From assembly GCA_022813865.1 (NCBI GenBank), contig JALDZX010000069.1:1-64000 (forward strand): DNA of 64,000 bases. The letters run 5' to 3'. Both the position numbers and the translations under genes were made by a program. The notes beneath the pieces are model-generated. The model saw only the letters and a list, made by a program, of their open reading frames with translations, was not told where the DNA came from and searched no databases. The number at the start of each line of letters is the position of its first letter. Position 1 is the first letter of the stretch. Below, piece after piece: positions 49,718-62,594 of the stretch. Source of the stretch: Xylographa opegraphella (lineage: Eukaryota).

Positions 49718-51164
49718 TCAATTCTCGGACCTATCCGTTCGACCACGATCCGCCATTTTCCTCCATACACCAAGAAATCCTCCTCCTACCACACGTTCCC
49801 CAGCCTTTGGTCTACAGACCATCTCCCACCCCGTTCCACTGCGGCTTATTGCTTGGGATTGTTCTTGCCCGAGTGTCGCAGACTTTTCGACATCATCGGA
49901 GCGGTCTTCGAGAGCCTCTATGAAGCTGCCACTTGCTGATTCTGCTTCTTTGCGTCGCCTCTCCGCCTTTAGTAAGGCCCTCGGTTTCACAGTCCTCACG
50001 TCCCATTCTCTACCACCGGTCATACCAGTGCCTAGCTCCACCACTTTGTCCAGCCACAAAGGGACTTCCTTTGCTATGATCGACGTCACGCAATCAATAA
50101 TCTGCGTAAGGCTGGGGTTGAAGACGATCAACATTCCGTCTGTATGCAATGCCGATGCCACTTGTGCAAGCTGATGGTGAGAGCCTGGGAGATCTAGTAT
50201 CACATGACATAGAAAGGGCTTCCTTGGAACTTCCAGACCATCGACATTCCGGATGTTAAATTGTTCATCAATCCATTCGCTGACATTGCCTACGTGAAAA
50301 TCAACGTTCGCGGCGTACATTCCTTGCCGAAATCCACGAACTATTCCTTCTGCGTGCTGTGAATATGTAGCCGAAATGTCCACCGTGTGAATTACTGCGC
50401 GCCGAGATGCTTTCCACTTCTGTGAAGCCAGTGCTATAGAACTCCCCGTCTCCATTGATACAAGACTTTTGGTAGCTAGTTCATTTGTCCTACTCTCAAG
50501 CCCGGAAGGAGACTGGTCGTTAGATACTTCCTCTTGCGCTATCTCAGAATCTTCAAGCGATTCGGTTGGTGGCATTGGGTTAGCACCACTGATCGCCCTT
50601 GCCAGATGTAAGGTCAAGCTTCCATGACCTGTTCCAGCTTCTAGAATTTCAAGTGGCCGTTCATCCGAAGCCGACTGATATGGTACAACATGAAGATCAA
50701 GTAGAGATACAATTAGATTAGCATCCGCCGGATACACCTACTGATCCGCAATGTCAGTGAGTTCCTATCCACATACACACGTATATGCTCACAGGAGTTA
50801 CAAGTCGTGGCGTCAATGTGACATAGTCTTCCAGAGTGGGAACATGCACTTGGAAACAACGACCCGTGCTTGAGGTAACGATGTCTCTAGCGGATTTCCC
50901 AATGAGGGAATCGTGAGGAATGCTTCCCCATTTACTTTGTACGGTCTTTCCATGTCTGAGAGGTTTTGTGAATAGTTCTCGACTCAAATCTTCCTTCATA
51001 CGCAGAAGTAGACGGTCTCCCACTATTATGTGTCAGAATGTAAAGCATCGTAAATAAGTCTTCAACAATCAGCTACCTGCTACGATGCGGCTGGCAGTCA
51101 TGAAGCTCCTGCTGCACCGCCAACATATAAACGCATGTCGAGCAGAGATCGAAGAGACCATCAT
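49718..51164 (-). CDS. tRNA (adenine58-N1)-methyltransferase catalytic subunit, Trm61/TRMT61B-like (probably mitochondrial)
   Basis: PTLEDYVTLTPRLVTP|VYPADA, ILEAGTGHGSLTLHLARA, VILDLP, FNPSLTQI; Arg/Ser-rich presequence-like N-terminus; two introns. Confidence 0.85.
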
Positions 51165-51369
51165 AACACTGGATAGCAGTATACTATGGCATATTACAAG
51201 GGCGTTTTGAACAAAAAGCACAGAACATACGACCAAATAGGGTTTCTTGGCCTTCAATTTCCGTGACGCGGTAAATTAGACGCCATTGCGGCTATTTTGC
51301 TCTGCTGTGCTCTTGTGTAGAATTGTCGGCAAACTTACAATAATTGAAGTCATTACTGATACATTCTCT
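51165..51369. promoter_or_regulatory. Compact bidirectional promoter (TRM61-like / CSN1)
   Basis: Divergent ATGs only about 205 bp apart. Confidence 0.6.
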
Positions 51370-53007
51370 ATGGCTGCAGAACCTCCGTACTTTGAGGAGG
51401 CTCAAGCAGCCGGGCGCGTTGTTGTGACCGGTATGCGACCCCAGTATTGTGCACACTCCTCGACAGCTCACGTTCGGTAGGTCACCCGAAATTCGAGCTG
51501 GATGCTTATATAGCCAACTATCGAGGTGCGTACGGGCTTCCTGGATGCTACAGCGTTTATGCCAGTATTAAAATTCTTGCCCAGGCAAGACTCGGATCCA
51601 CAGGCTGCACCACATAGGGACGCATTCGACACAGCTCTATATCGAAGCTCTGACGGCAGCTATTGCAGAGGCCAAACGGGGTAAGGATGTACAACTTTAC
51701 GAAGCAATGGTTTCTGCTCTTCACGAGGTCGTTCCTGAAGACCTCCGAGCCACTTTGGACATCGCATGGGTGGATAGAACCACAAAAGAAGTTAAAATGG
51801 AGACCGATCGACTGGAGCTAGAGCTGAAGGGTTACAAGAACAATCTCATCAAAGAGAGTATACGGGTAGGAGATTATCTCATGGGCGAAAGTATGACACT
51901 CAATGAAAAATGACTGATTTTTCGGTTCAGATGGGCTGTGAGGATCTTGGTAGACATTACCATCTCATTGGAGACCTTCCCAACGCTATAAAGGCATATT
52001 CCAAGGAACGGGAATCCGTCCAAACGCCTGCTCACGTCGCTATCATGAACATGCATCTCATGCACGTTTCAATCGACCAGGGCAACTGGTTAAGCGTTCA
52101 ATCGTCGGTACAGAAGCTGCGCAGTCTCCCCGGCTCTGGTTCCGGCGGCGAGATAGACAGTGCCCAGCCAAAACTCGCTGCGGCAATGGGTCTAGCACAG
52201 ATGGCAACCGGAAGCTACAAAGACGCCGCTCTAAGCTTCCTTGGCGCCGATCCACGCATGCTCCAGGCGAAACTCGATCACCCTAATGACCCCGACGCCT
52301 ACAACGAGATCCTCACCACGAACGACGTCGCCGTCTATGGTGGCCTCTGCGCCCTTGCATCCATGGACCGCTACGAACTCCAAGCGCGTGTCCTCGACAA
52401 CTCCAACTTCCGTAACTACCTCGAACTGGAGCCGCATGTACGACGCGCGATCTCCTTCTTCGTCGCCTCGAAATACTCTGCCTGCCTCCAGATCCTCGAA
52501 TCATACCGGGCAGACTACCTGCTGGATCTCTATCTCCACCGCCACGTTAACGAGATCTACTTCCGCGTCCGTAGTAAAGCCATCGTGCAGTACTTCATCC
52601 CTTTCTCGTGCGTCACACTAGCCGCGCTCGCCACGGCCTTCAACACCGACGAACCGACCATCGAGCGAACCCTCGTGGACATGATTGGCAATGGCTCCCT
52701 GGACGCGCGCATCGACCTCGAGAAGCGGGTCCTCCTCGCCAAGCAGGTGGACGACCGCAGGGAAGTGCACGAAGGCGCGCTGGCGATGGCAAAGGACTAC
52801 GAGCGCACGCTGCAGCTGCGCCTGCTGCGCATGGAGATCATCAACGCGGGCCTCGAGGTCAAGCCGCCGGTCGCCAAGGACGTCATGTCGATGAGCTCGC
52901 TGACGGGGCCACGCGGCGGGCCGCCCAGCATGGCGGGCGATGTCTTCACCGGCATGGACGCCAAGGGGAAAGGCAAGCATGTGGGGAGTGGGGGCCTCTT
53001 TCCGTGA
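51370..53007 (+). CDS. CSN1: COP9 signalosome subunit 1
   Basis: KFELDAYIANY, LELELKGYKNNLIKESIR|MGCEDLG, DVAVYGGLCALAS, PCI domain ending LDARID; three introns. Confidence 0.93.
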
Positions 53008-53590
53008 CCGGTGAACGAGAGGCAGCTCGGTGGGGTGTTTGCAATCATAGCGACGGTGTTGGGCGGACTAACGGGTTGATGAGTTGATGAGCGGGATCTT
53101 CGGGCCTGGGAAATGAGATGACTTTGTCTCGAGGAGACGGGGTTGCTGCAATATAGCATACCCCGATAGATCTAGATCAGTCACAGTATTGCGTTGACAA
53201 AGGGGAAAAAGCAAGCTTTCTTCGTCGTCACGCCTGTTGCCAGTGGCTCCAAGATTGTTTTTCAAAAATGTCCGTGTCTCGTGTCATTAATATTAAGCAG
53301 ACAATCCGCCATGTGGCTAGAGAAGATATCCCAATACAAAAGGCTGCGTCGACTCCAACCTCAGCAATGCTTCCCGCGGTTCCCAAAATCAAAGGGTATA
53401 CGAATNNNNNNNNNNNNNNNNNNNNNNNNNNNNNNNNNNNNNNNNNNNNNNNNNNNNNNAAAACGAAGGAAAAAAACACAAACATCCACCTTTCCAAGAC
53501 ATATCCCCGCCCCATCCCACAGCAGCACTCACATCTCCCAACTCTCACCCACCAATCCCCTCACCCCCCCACCCCCCCCAACGACCCGGT

Positions 53591-56035
53591 TCACGCACCC
53601 ACGTAACTCTCCACCTCCGGATTCGTCCGACCCCACGCAAAGCTGCCCACACTCGCCTTCGGTTTGAGCCCCACTCCGAGCCCGAGCGCGCTCTCCTTCT
53701 GCGCCTCCAGCCCCGCGACCAAGTGCCTCCCCAACCTCGGCCACTCGCTCTCCCCGTCTCCCTCCCCACCGTCGTAGATGCTCGGACTCGTGCCCCTCCC
53801 GTTCTCCCGCTCGCTGCCGGAGTGCGCGCTCCACCCGCTGCCGCTCGACGGCGTTTCGGGCTCCGAGTCGCCGCCTTCGCCGCCGAGGTGCGGCACCGGT
53901 AAGGCTTCGTCGTCGCTGCCGTAGCTGGCAATGAGCAGATCGGCGAAGGGCTTGCGCGGCTGCGGGTGGCGAACCACGAGCGGGGGGGAGGAGTTGGCGG
54001 GCGCGATGGGGTGAGTGGCGACTAGACCGGCGGGAAGCGAGGCGCGGATGGCCGGAGTTGAGTGGGTGCGGCTAATAAGGCGGCGAGGCGGAGGCGTGGA
54101 GGGGCCGGAAGGGCGGAGGGCGGGATGGATGGGTAGGTCATGTGTCTCGGGTGTTAACGGTACGGTGGCAATTGAGGAGATGGCGGAGTTGGGCTTGAGG
54201 TCGAGCGTCGCGAGGGCTTTGCCGATGTTCCAGGGTGGCGTGCCGGCAATCTGGCAGCACAGCGGATAGCTGACGCCCTCGGTGTCCCGGACCTCGGTGG
54301 GCGCGCGTGTCACGGAGATGAGGGTCTGCAGGATGGCGTAGACGAGTAGCCAGCGGATTTTGCGGGCGTCGGCAGGGGACATGTGCTCTTCTTCTTTGAG
54401 GGTGGTCTCGCGCTCGAAGCGGAAGTACTCGCGCACGAGGGCGCATTCCATGACTTTGACGTCGTCGCAGTTTGTGGCGGCGGCAAGGGCACAGAGGAAG
54501 GCAGTGCGGCGGTTAATTTTGCTTTGCTTATTCGGACTGAAGAGGCGGGCGAGGGGGGCAGGTTTGTGGGACGTGGAGAGGTGGGAGATCTCGGGAACGA
54601 GAACCAATGGGTTGGGGAGCGTGGCATAACGGTAGCGGCGGTCGAAGGCGGAGATGCTTTGCAGGCCGTAGATGCCGCCGGCGGTGGGGCGGTTGAGGGC
54701 CATGGAGGAGGTGAAAGTGTGATCGACGAGGTATTCGTAAAGGCTGCGGAAATCGAAGTACATGGCGCGGAAAGTGGAACTTGGAAATGTGCTGGCTTTC
54801 CTGTTCATGCTAGTGGGGGGCCAGTAGCCCGTGTTCTGGACGTAGAAGGAGATAAGGAAGGAGCGAAAGCGTTCGAGGTGCTTCTCAGCTTCGAGGGGCA
54901 GGCCCAGGGAGGAGCTGGAGACTTCGTCCTCGAGGAAGTTGCTGAGCGATTTGCCCGCGCGTTCGAGACGGATGTCCATTTCCAGATGAGCGCGGGTGAT
55001 GAGGGCCTTTGTGGTTTTGGAAGTGGACTGCAGTTCGGTCAGATCGGTGGAGGGAAGACGAACGTTTCAAGACTGACCATGAATTCCGTGCTCGTCACCA
55101 GCTCGTCGTTCATCCCCGAGCAATGCACAAATGCATCCGTCCAGAGCTCACGGTTTTGGAATGCTTCAGCAAAGTTCAAAATAGCTAAGGCATGATCGGG
55201 ACAGTCTCGGAAATCCGTGTAAGCCAGATTGTCGATGTAAGCAAGTAGATCGTCGAGATTCTCGGCGGGGTCTGGTCTGAATTCATTCATCCGATCCATG
55301 AGGGAAATCAGGGCATCTCCAAGCCGATGGCCCACCAGGGGCTTCTCAAACATCCAGGCGAAGAAGTTCCGAGTCGTCAAATGGTATTGTAGAGCTTCCT
55401 CGCGGTTCAAATGAGCCGGGGCCGGGATGTAAAGCTCATACTTACCGATGGATGATGGATTGCTGAAGTAGCCTCCATCATCCGAGCTGCTGGAGACCGT
55501 TTCTGCGGGTGAGTCGGGGACGGGGCATGCGCAGCATCTCTCCAGTAGAGGCCTGCAGTTACTCGCTTCGATGTCTGCGAGCACCAGTCGCAAAGAAGGC
55601 CCTCGTCGAGATTGGCCTCGCTCATAGAAATGGACGAGACAGTCTCCGCTGGGGAACCACAGCTCCGGGTCCTACAGAGATCCAGTCAATTCTCGGGCTG
55701 TCACACACTCATGTGCTGGCCGATCTCCCAAGGCGGCAACTTACGCGTCTGATGTAGTCCCAGTTTGTGGTCTCTCTCCTGCTCCCGTCCCAGCGTTTGA
55801 TGTCCGTCGGTTTGGAGTTGTTCGTCACGCCGTTCAGGGTAGACTTGCGCTTGATCGACTCGGTGGATCGATTGAAGGACGGGCGGGAGAGGATACTGGG
55901 CCTTGTGCTTCGCTGTCCTAGGCTGCCGCGGGTGATCCCATTGACTCCTGTCACAACGGACCGCCTGTGAGTGGTGAGGCGGGGCTTGGTGGAACTGCCG
56001 ACGGGCGTACTTGCACCCGATGAAGTTCGCGTCAT
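53591..56035 (-). CDS. Conserved fungal hypothetical protein
   Basis: Exons 56035-55745, 55671-55078, 55027-53591; RWDG..WD..RR|DPELWFPSGDCLVHFYERGQSRRGPS, HLTTRNFFAW, WTDAFVHCSGM, DARKIRWLLVYAILQTL. Confidence 0.85.
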
Positions 56036-58663
56036 GATCGCTATCTTCTACACGACCAAGCTCCGGTCGAGATGATTTCTGAGCCTGAGAGATTTTACAC
56101 AGGAACGAGAATAAAATGGAGGGGAAAGGCTACTGCCCCACGAGTCGGGCTATCATGAGCGTCTTGTACGACGGACCAGCTCGGGCCACTGCAGCGACCA
56201 GCGGATTGGTGACACGGCACACGGCGTCGCACACGCGCGGAGGCTTCGCAGCTCTCGAACTCCCATGCATCCCATCTCAGGTCGCGCGCCTCGTTTGCTT
56301 TCGAGGAGAATGACGGACGACCACGGTCTCGGAGGTCTGGACTCCCGTGCAGCTCTCCACCAGAACGCCCAAGAGCGCCTAGCGGCCTGCACCGGCCGGT
56401 GAGCGGGGCGGGATAGCGTGATTCTAGCGTGCCTCGTTAAGCGTCGCGATGCCGTTCGAGGTGGGATGATGCATGATGGAGGGCGTGGGCTGATGCGTGT
56501 TAACAGTACCAACCCCTGTCACGATACCCGACTAAGGGTATCTTAGGATGCCTGCTCCTTGGCACAGAACCACCATAAAAGTCAACGAGCAAGGTCAGCC
56601 AATCACACTGCTGGAGACAAGCGTGGGACAGTTCGAAACCAGGCATGGCGCACGCCATCGCGACCACTTTGGGCCCAAGATCGATCGATTCCACCTTTGG
56701 GAGCTTGGGTAAGATAGCGTGCCCGTCACCAGCGCGAGAGAGCTGTGGATCACCGAGCTGCACTTTTCTTCGCCTGATCATTGATGCAGCACAGCGGTCG
56801 AAACGATGCCGACCGACCGGATCTGCGTCTCGGAGAACAGAAGCATCCGGCCCTATTTATCCTTCAACACATCACTCATCACATCACGCGATACCAGACG
56901 GCAGGATACAGGCCTCGGCTTTGAAGGTGGGTGAGGTCGATGACGGTTGGCGTGCAAGGAATCCGTACCACCACGCTGGCAGTTCAATAATTCCTGCACA
57001 ACGAGGCTGTCGACGGCGACGTTCATCAAATGCCGAGAGTCCACGCCAGGGTGGGTTCATCTTGATATTATTGCTCGTCCCGGTTGGCGGCGCTTCGGTT
57101 GGTGAAGGTATCTAAGTCGCGCTAAGGTGATATCTCTATCTGGTGGCGGCCGTCGAACCTCATATCCGCTGTTCTGGCCAGACCAGCGCAGTCGACGAGC
57201 CCTCGAGAGCCCAATTAAGTTGAGAGCGTGCACGCCAGCCTTGCGACCATTGCTGCTGCTGTCCATGCGAGAGCCACGTCCACAACATGCAGGCTGAGGA
57301 GCTAAACCACCCATGAACACCGGTAACTCTCCGCACTACATGTCCGTGGCGTTTCCCAGCACCTCGAACCGCCGCTTCTGCTCGAGCTCCAGACCGCATC
57401 CAGGAGGCGTCCAATCGCAATGCGCAGCTCGGAGTTGAACCTCTGTCAGTCATTCCGCACGGTCGGGTACTCCGTAGAAGCTTCATCATGAAATCGATGG
57501 ATCCAGAGCCTGTCTGTAGAGCATCTTGCTATACACAATCGTGACGTGCTTTGTATGTCTTTCACGGCTCAGAGCGATGGCGATCCATTACTCGGTGTGC
57601 GACAGCGAAAGGTATTTTCTGCGACTGGCGAGCTCGGTATGCGCAAATGCATGGTATATCCTCGACACCGGGCCGCATAACGTTCATCGCCTGAGGAATG
57701 TGGGCGAGATGCGGCGAGAAGCGTGTGGAGCTTTCCAAGGTCAATTCGAGGAAGCATCATCGCTGATTGCTCTCAGTTCGGTGAGGTAGGTGCAGCTAGT
57801 AGTTCACCGGAGGGCGGACCTGTGCTTGCAGATGTTTTCCCGTCGCCATAGCCTCGAAGTACTTTCCCAAGGCTGAACTTCTGAAATGATTCGATATTCT
57901 ATCTACGATCTCTTTGCTTGATCGCCCATTTTTTCGCAAGCCTTGTAATTTTGTTGTTCTGCAAGTACTATGAAGAAGAAAAAAACACTCTTCGGAATTC
58001 TATCCAACATAATCGCTCTCACCACAGTAACTCTACCCTAGTCGACATGCTTTTCCACTACCATGATCATGAAATACTCAACCGTCGACAACACCCAACA
58101 ACCAAGCTCGACCATCACTCTCAAATGACCACCCACCCCGCACTCCCTCTCCCCTACTAGGTAGCCTACCCTCCGCCTCACCATCACCGCCCTCCTTACC
58201 CTGGCCCTCAACTGTCCCACCCGTACCATGTACTGTGTAGGTGGGGAAGATCGGGACATGGGACGGTACGGCGCCAATGGGGACCACGAATGTGGGAATG
58301 GAGGAGACTCGACAATTCGATTCCCATGCCAAGGCGCGGAGTGCCTGGGAAGCGCGAGAGCCGTCGTCGTGGGAGTGATGCACTGCGTGGACAACGGGCC
58401 ATGTTTGTCGATTGGATGCTGCTTGGTCAGAAATAGCATGGCGTCGGGTTGCCCGATGCCGCTGTGCATGGCTGCATTCAAATCTACGACAAAAAGTTAT
58501 GACCCGATGCCATCAGCAACATACTTGCAGTCTCTTTTCTAGTATCGCCATATCTGTACATAGGGACAAAGGGGAGCGCTTACGCTGAGCAGCAATATGC
58601 TACCAAAGATACAGCAGAAGGAAGCGCTGTGGCACCGAAAAGTCCCGTCTTTTCCCAACCCAC

Positions 58664-59905
58664 TCAATATACTTCGACAAATTCATTGACTCCTGCCACT
58701 TCGGCCGCTCGATTCCGCAAGTCTTTCCCTCTTTCAAGAGCGTCGAGCCTCCTATTACTCAGTTCTTTCTCCAACATCTCAATCCGACCTTTCAGGACAG
58801 CCTGTTCCCCCAGCGTTGATACCCCCCGAGTGACGTTTACACCAGTCCCAACTCCCCCACCTCCCTCCAATGCAGTCTGTTCCTGCTTCCTCAATGCTTC
58901 TAGGGCTTTCGCATAATCGTTTCTGCTTTGACGCAGAGCTAGAAATTCTTCGTATTGAGCCTTTCCGCCAAAGCATACCCCAAAGCCATCACAGTAACAT
59001 GCATACTCGGCTGGGCAATACGTCTGGTTCCCGGTGAATACATACTGCCAGACAAATTCCCATATCCTCCCAGAAAAGTAATCCGTCAGAGGGGTGCGAA
59101 GCAGCCAGTCACGGTAGAAGACGAAGCGTTGGTGAGGTATCGAAAGGACTCTCTCTCGCGAAACGGCAAACTGGGCACAGCAAGCTTGACCGAGAACGGG
59201 AGGTAGTGGATCTAGCGGGAACAGTTCACTCCAGCTTCCGGCGAGTAAGGCCTGCTCTTGCTTTGTTAGTAATTCTCCAGTCTCGTGTGGATGTAGCCAC
59301 TCCGGACAGCCAGGTTCCCAGGCGCACCGAAGATTCATATAACCGTGCCGCATCACCCTTTCGCTGTTGAGCCTTTGGATCATCTCTACCGCGTCAAAGC
59401 CCAGGAGATCGCTGTTATGCCATGCGTGGCGGTGTGCATGCATGAAGATGAGGATATCGGGTAGTGACTCGTAGTGATCGATAATGTAAGTTAGATAGAC
59501 CATGACCTCGTGGCCTTTGTTTCTGGGCGGATGCAAAGGCGCTGTCAGATTGTCCACGACGTAGAGTGCGAGGCTCACGTCGAGCAAGCGGTCATCGATC
59601 CAGGTAACGGAGTCCTTCGACGTGTGCGGGACGACAAGGATACGTGTGTAAATGCCGTCTGAGGTCCTTCCCGTATCGATCCGATTGTCGAATCGCGTGG
59701 CATTCGGATGTCTGCTCATTGTGGAGACTGGTCCCAGGGGATTGTGAAGAGTATTGGCCGCAAATGCTTTCGCTTCAGCACGTGTGGTTTCTTCCGTCGG
59801 TCTTACCCATCCCGAACTATGCACGAGCAGGATGTAGGAGATTGGTGGGATGGTAAGCAGAAGCGGTATGATAATATAGATCGGGGTTCGTTTTGACCAA
59901 AGCAT
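58664..59905 (-). CDS. DUF3431 family protein (type II membrane anchored)
   Basis: N-terminal TM; PRNKGHEVMVYLTYIIDHY, FMHAHRHAWHN, GYMNLRCAWEPGCP, CCAQFAVSRERV, SGRIWEFVWQ. Confidence 0.9.
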   Translation of the reverse strand: MLWSKRTPIYIIIPLLLTIPPISYILLVHSSGWVRPTEETTRAEAKAFAANTLHNPLGPVSTMSRHPNATRFDNRIDTGRTSDGIYTRILVVPHTSKDSVTWIDDRLLDVSLALYVVDNLTAPLHPPRNKGHEVMVYLTYIIDHYESLPDILIFMHAHRHAWHNSDLLGFDAVEMIQRLNSERVMRHGYMNLRCAWEPGCPEWLHPHETGELLTKQEQALLAGSWSELFPLDPLPPVLGQACCAQFAVSRERVLSIPHQRFVFYRDWLLRTPLTDYFSGRIWEFVWQYVFTGNQTYCPAEYACYCDGFGVCFGGKAQYEEFLALRQSRNDYAKALEALRKQEQTALEGGGGVGTGVNVTRGVSTLGEQAVLKGRIEMLEKELSNRRLDALERGKDLRNRAAEVAGVNEFVEVY

Positions 59906-60435
59906 GTTCTGCTATCCTGCTTAATTCAAAGTCCAGGCATACCCTGCCAGGACGAGTTCCGAACGTGTAGGCAAAAGAGGGTAGATCGGGTGCGATATAT
60001 AATTTGCCTGAGGCGGGACGGTACCTATACCTTACTTCCTTGATTTTTTCTGGCACCCTGCGTGAGATTTGAGCATTACCAGTGAACCCTAAGTGTGTTT
60101 CATCGTAATGCTAGTGGCTGAGTCAGTCACGTCTCGGCAGCACCAACCATCAACACACCGAAGGGTCGATAACACCAACGGAACAATTGATTTGGTCACT
60201 AAAGTATAGCGTTATGGGTAAGCAAATTTTGGCAAAATTATAAGCTAGGTATCTAAGACTCATACAAAACTAATTACCTTCGGCCTTCTTCCTTGTCCGA
60301 ACCCATATGTCATCGCCGTGCTTTGCTGCAATCGAGTAAGTTGTGGTATAATGCGATAAGTGTTCGAAATTCAAAGCCATGCAGCCGCAAAGATGGAAGC
60401 TCAAAGCGACGGATCATGTCATCCGTACACACCAC

Positions 60436-62594
60436 TCAGAGTGAGTAGGGTGACGATGAGCGGATTGAACTATTGTGAGGGAAGTAATCCCCGTCGTGGG
60501 CCATTTCAGCTTGGCCATTCAGATTCGTACGAGACCCGTTTCCAAAATTCGTAGCAACTGGAGGAGCCTGTTTCCATCGCCTGCTCAAGCCATCCTCCTC
60601 GTCCACGAGAACAACCATCCAGACCCCAACACGGCCGTTGCTTCCAAGTAAAGGGGTACAATGGATCCATCGATTGCGACCCTCGTCATCGAATTTGGTT
60701 ACCCAACGAACTTTCGCTGTCACTCCGCGACCCTCAGCCAGAGCGGTCGTTAATTCATCCCGTACTCGGGATGAACCTCCGATCTTATCCATAAATTGGG
60801 ATTGCAGGATACCCGGTACACGCAGTGACGGCGAGGCGAAGAGAACACGAAGAGAGGGGTAAGGCCGGAGTAACAAGTACTGATCGATATGTCAGTGATC
60901 GAGGTTAGATACATGCAGGAAAACTCACGTGCTGGTAAACACCACTTAAAATACCACTGCCGCGGCCATTCGGATTGTTCGACTTGTTGATATCGGGAGT
61001 AAGATCCTTCAACACAATTCTCGACTTAGGCCCTGGGTTGTAACTGTTCGTCTCGTCCTCGTCTGCCTGGTGTTCCCTGTGCATCCGACCTCCCCAGCGC
61101 CTGACAGTCTCAAGCTCGCCCATGTTCATCATCTCACTTAGTTCTTGGAATTCATCCTTTTTCGCCGAAATGCTGCTCTCCTCGACTGATGCGTGATCGT
61201 GAGCTGCGTGAGACTGCTCAATAACAAGCCGCTGAAGAGACTCCATATCGGTGCAGTCCTTGACCAGACCGCTCACGTCAACTTGAGCTCCAATATAGTA
61301 GCGAATTTTGCCTCGACTATCACACAAGGGGGCGGTCATGAGCATATTCATGAATGGCGAACCATCACGACGGCTGTGTCACGCACCAAGTTAGCCTGTT
61401 ACCTCGAAGACTGTTCTCAAGCAAGCGAATACTCACTAGTTCAAGAATACCTCGCAGTGCTCTTTGCCCGCCTCGTTTGCATTTCTCAGTCTGCGTACGC
61501 TTGCCGGGTTCGTCTTCGGGCCTTGAAGAAATCTACAGTTGCGGCCAATCGCATAGTTCATGCCATATTGTGTAGTCCGGTGAAATTCTTAGGCAGATAT
61601 CAGTTCGGCTATGAGTGCTGAAGAAAAGAAGCATACCTTCAGAGGCAAAGATGATAGGGTTATCGGGCCGAGATGGATCGGTTAGACAGAAGACCTCTGC
61701 GAGACCTTCAGACGCCTCGCGAAGATGGGGAGCCAGTGTACCGGTCACCCTCCGAGTGATGCTCTGACTGACAATTTGGACGTACTGATGTGTGATGTAT
61801 GCAGGGAGATCCTCACTAACCAGGACGTCAAACGCCTTGGATGCTTTGTCTTCCAGGATCGTGTTGACCGTCGACCTTGCCGGATGCTCGGTGAATTCGT
61901 ACCCGTTGATCGGTTCCAAAGCCTCGGCGACGGCGTTCGCGTACGCAATGGCTTTGAGAGCTTTTACCGCATCGAGATAATATATCAGAACGGGCACTGA
62001 CTGTGGTCGATGGGTGCTCAAGAAAGCGGTGAAGCGAAGGAGCAAGGCAGGGTCGGAGAAGATCACCCGCAGGTGGTTACGCGAGAACATCTGTTCCGAG
62101 CGTGCTTCCAGTGAGAAGCCGGTGCGGCCTTCAAGCGGAGGCGGCACCAGGTCATAGGAATGCGGATCATCTTCCTCCAGCGGCTCGAGTTCGGTGAAAC
62201 TCTCGGCGGGCGCTTTGGTCTGTAATGGGGTTAACATCATCGATGTGGCATGCGTGTCGTAGGTGTCCCGAGAGGAAGCGCGAGACATGGGCGTGGCACT
62301 ATCGGAGCCATCCAGATCGTGCTGCGGAGGGGTGACACGGCGCCCTTGCCTGCTGCTGTGTGCCTCGTCAGCACATGGAAAGAAGACGGCTTAGGTGCTG
62401 CCACTATACCTTGCTCTCGTGCTCATCTGTATCGATTGCGGCTGGAAGTCTGTCACCGCCACGGACGGAGCCTGAGACTCTGCAGTTGCCATTCTCGTCG
62501 GCATTGGGCGTTGGGAGTGCGACTCGTCCGTGATGAGTCTGCGCGTCGGTTTGGCTGGTGGGTACTTCGACCGCCACGAGTGAGTGAATGGCAT
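60436..62594 (-). CDS. RGS-LOV(-PAS-like) blue-light photoreceptor
   Basis: Spliced GLAEVFCLTDPSRPDNPIIFASE|EFHRTTQY...GRNCRFLQG...NY|RRDGSPFMN...GAQVDV with the photoactive Cys; upstream RGS-like helical region (IFSDPALLLRFTAFL); four introns, the first 62409-62356. Confidence 0.9.

Noticed and set aside
56100..58600. Short ORFs in the long intergenic region
   Set aside because: No domain or codon-bias support; probably promoter/UTR.
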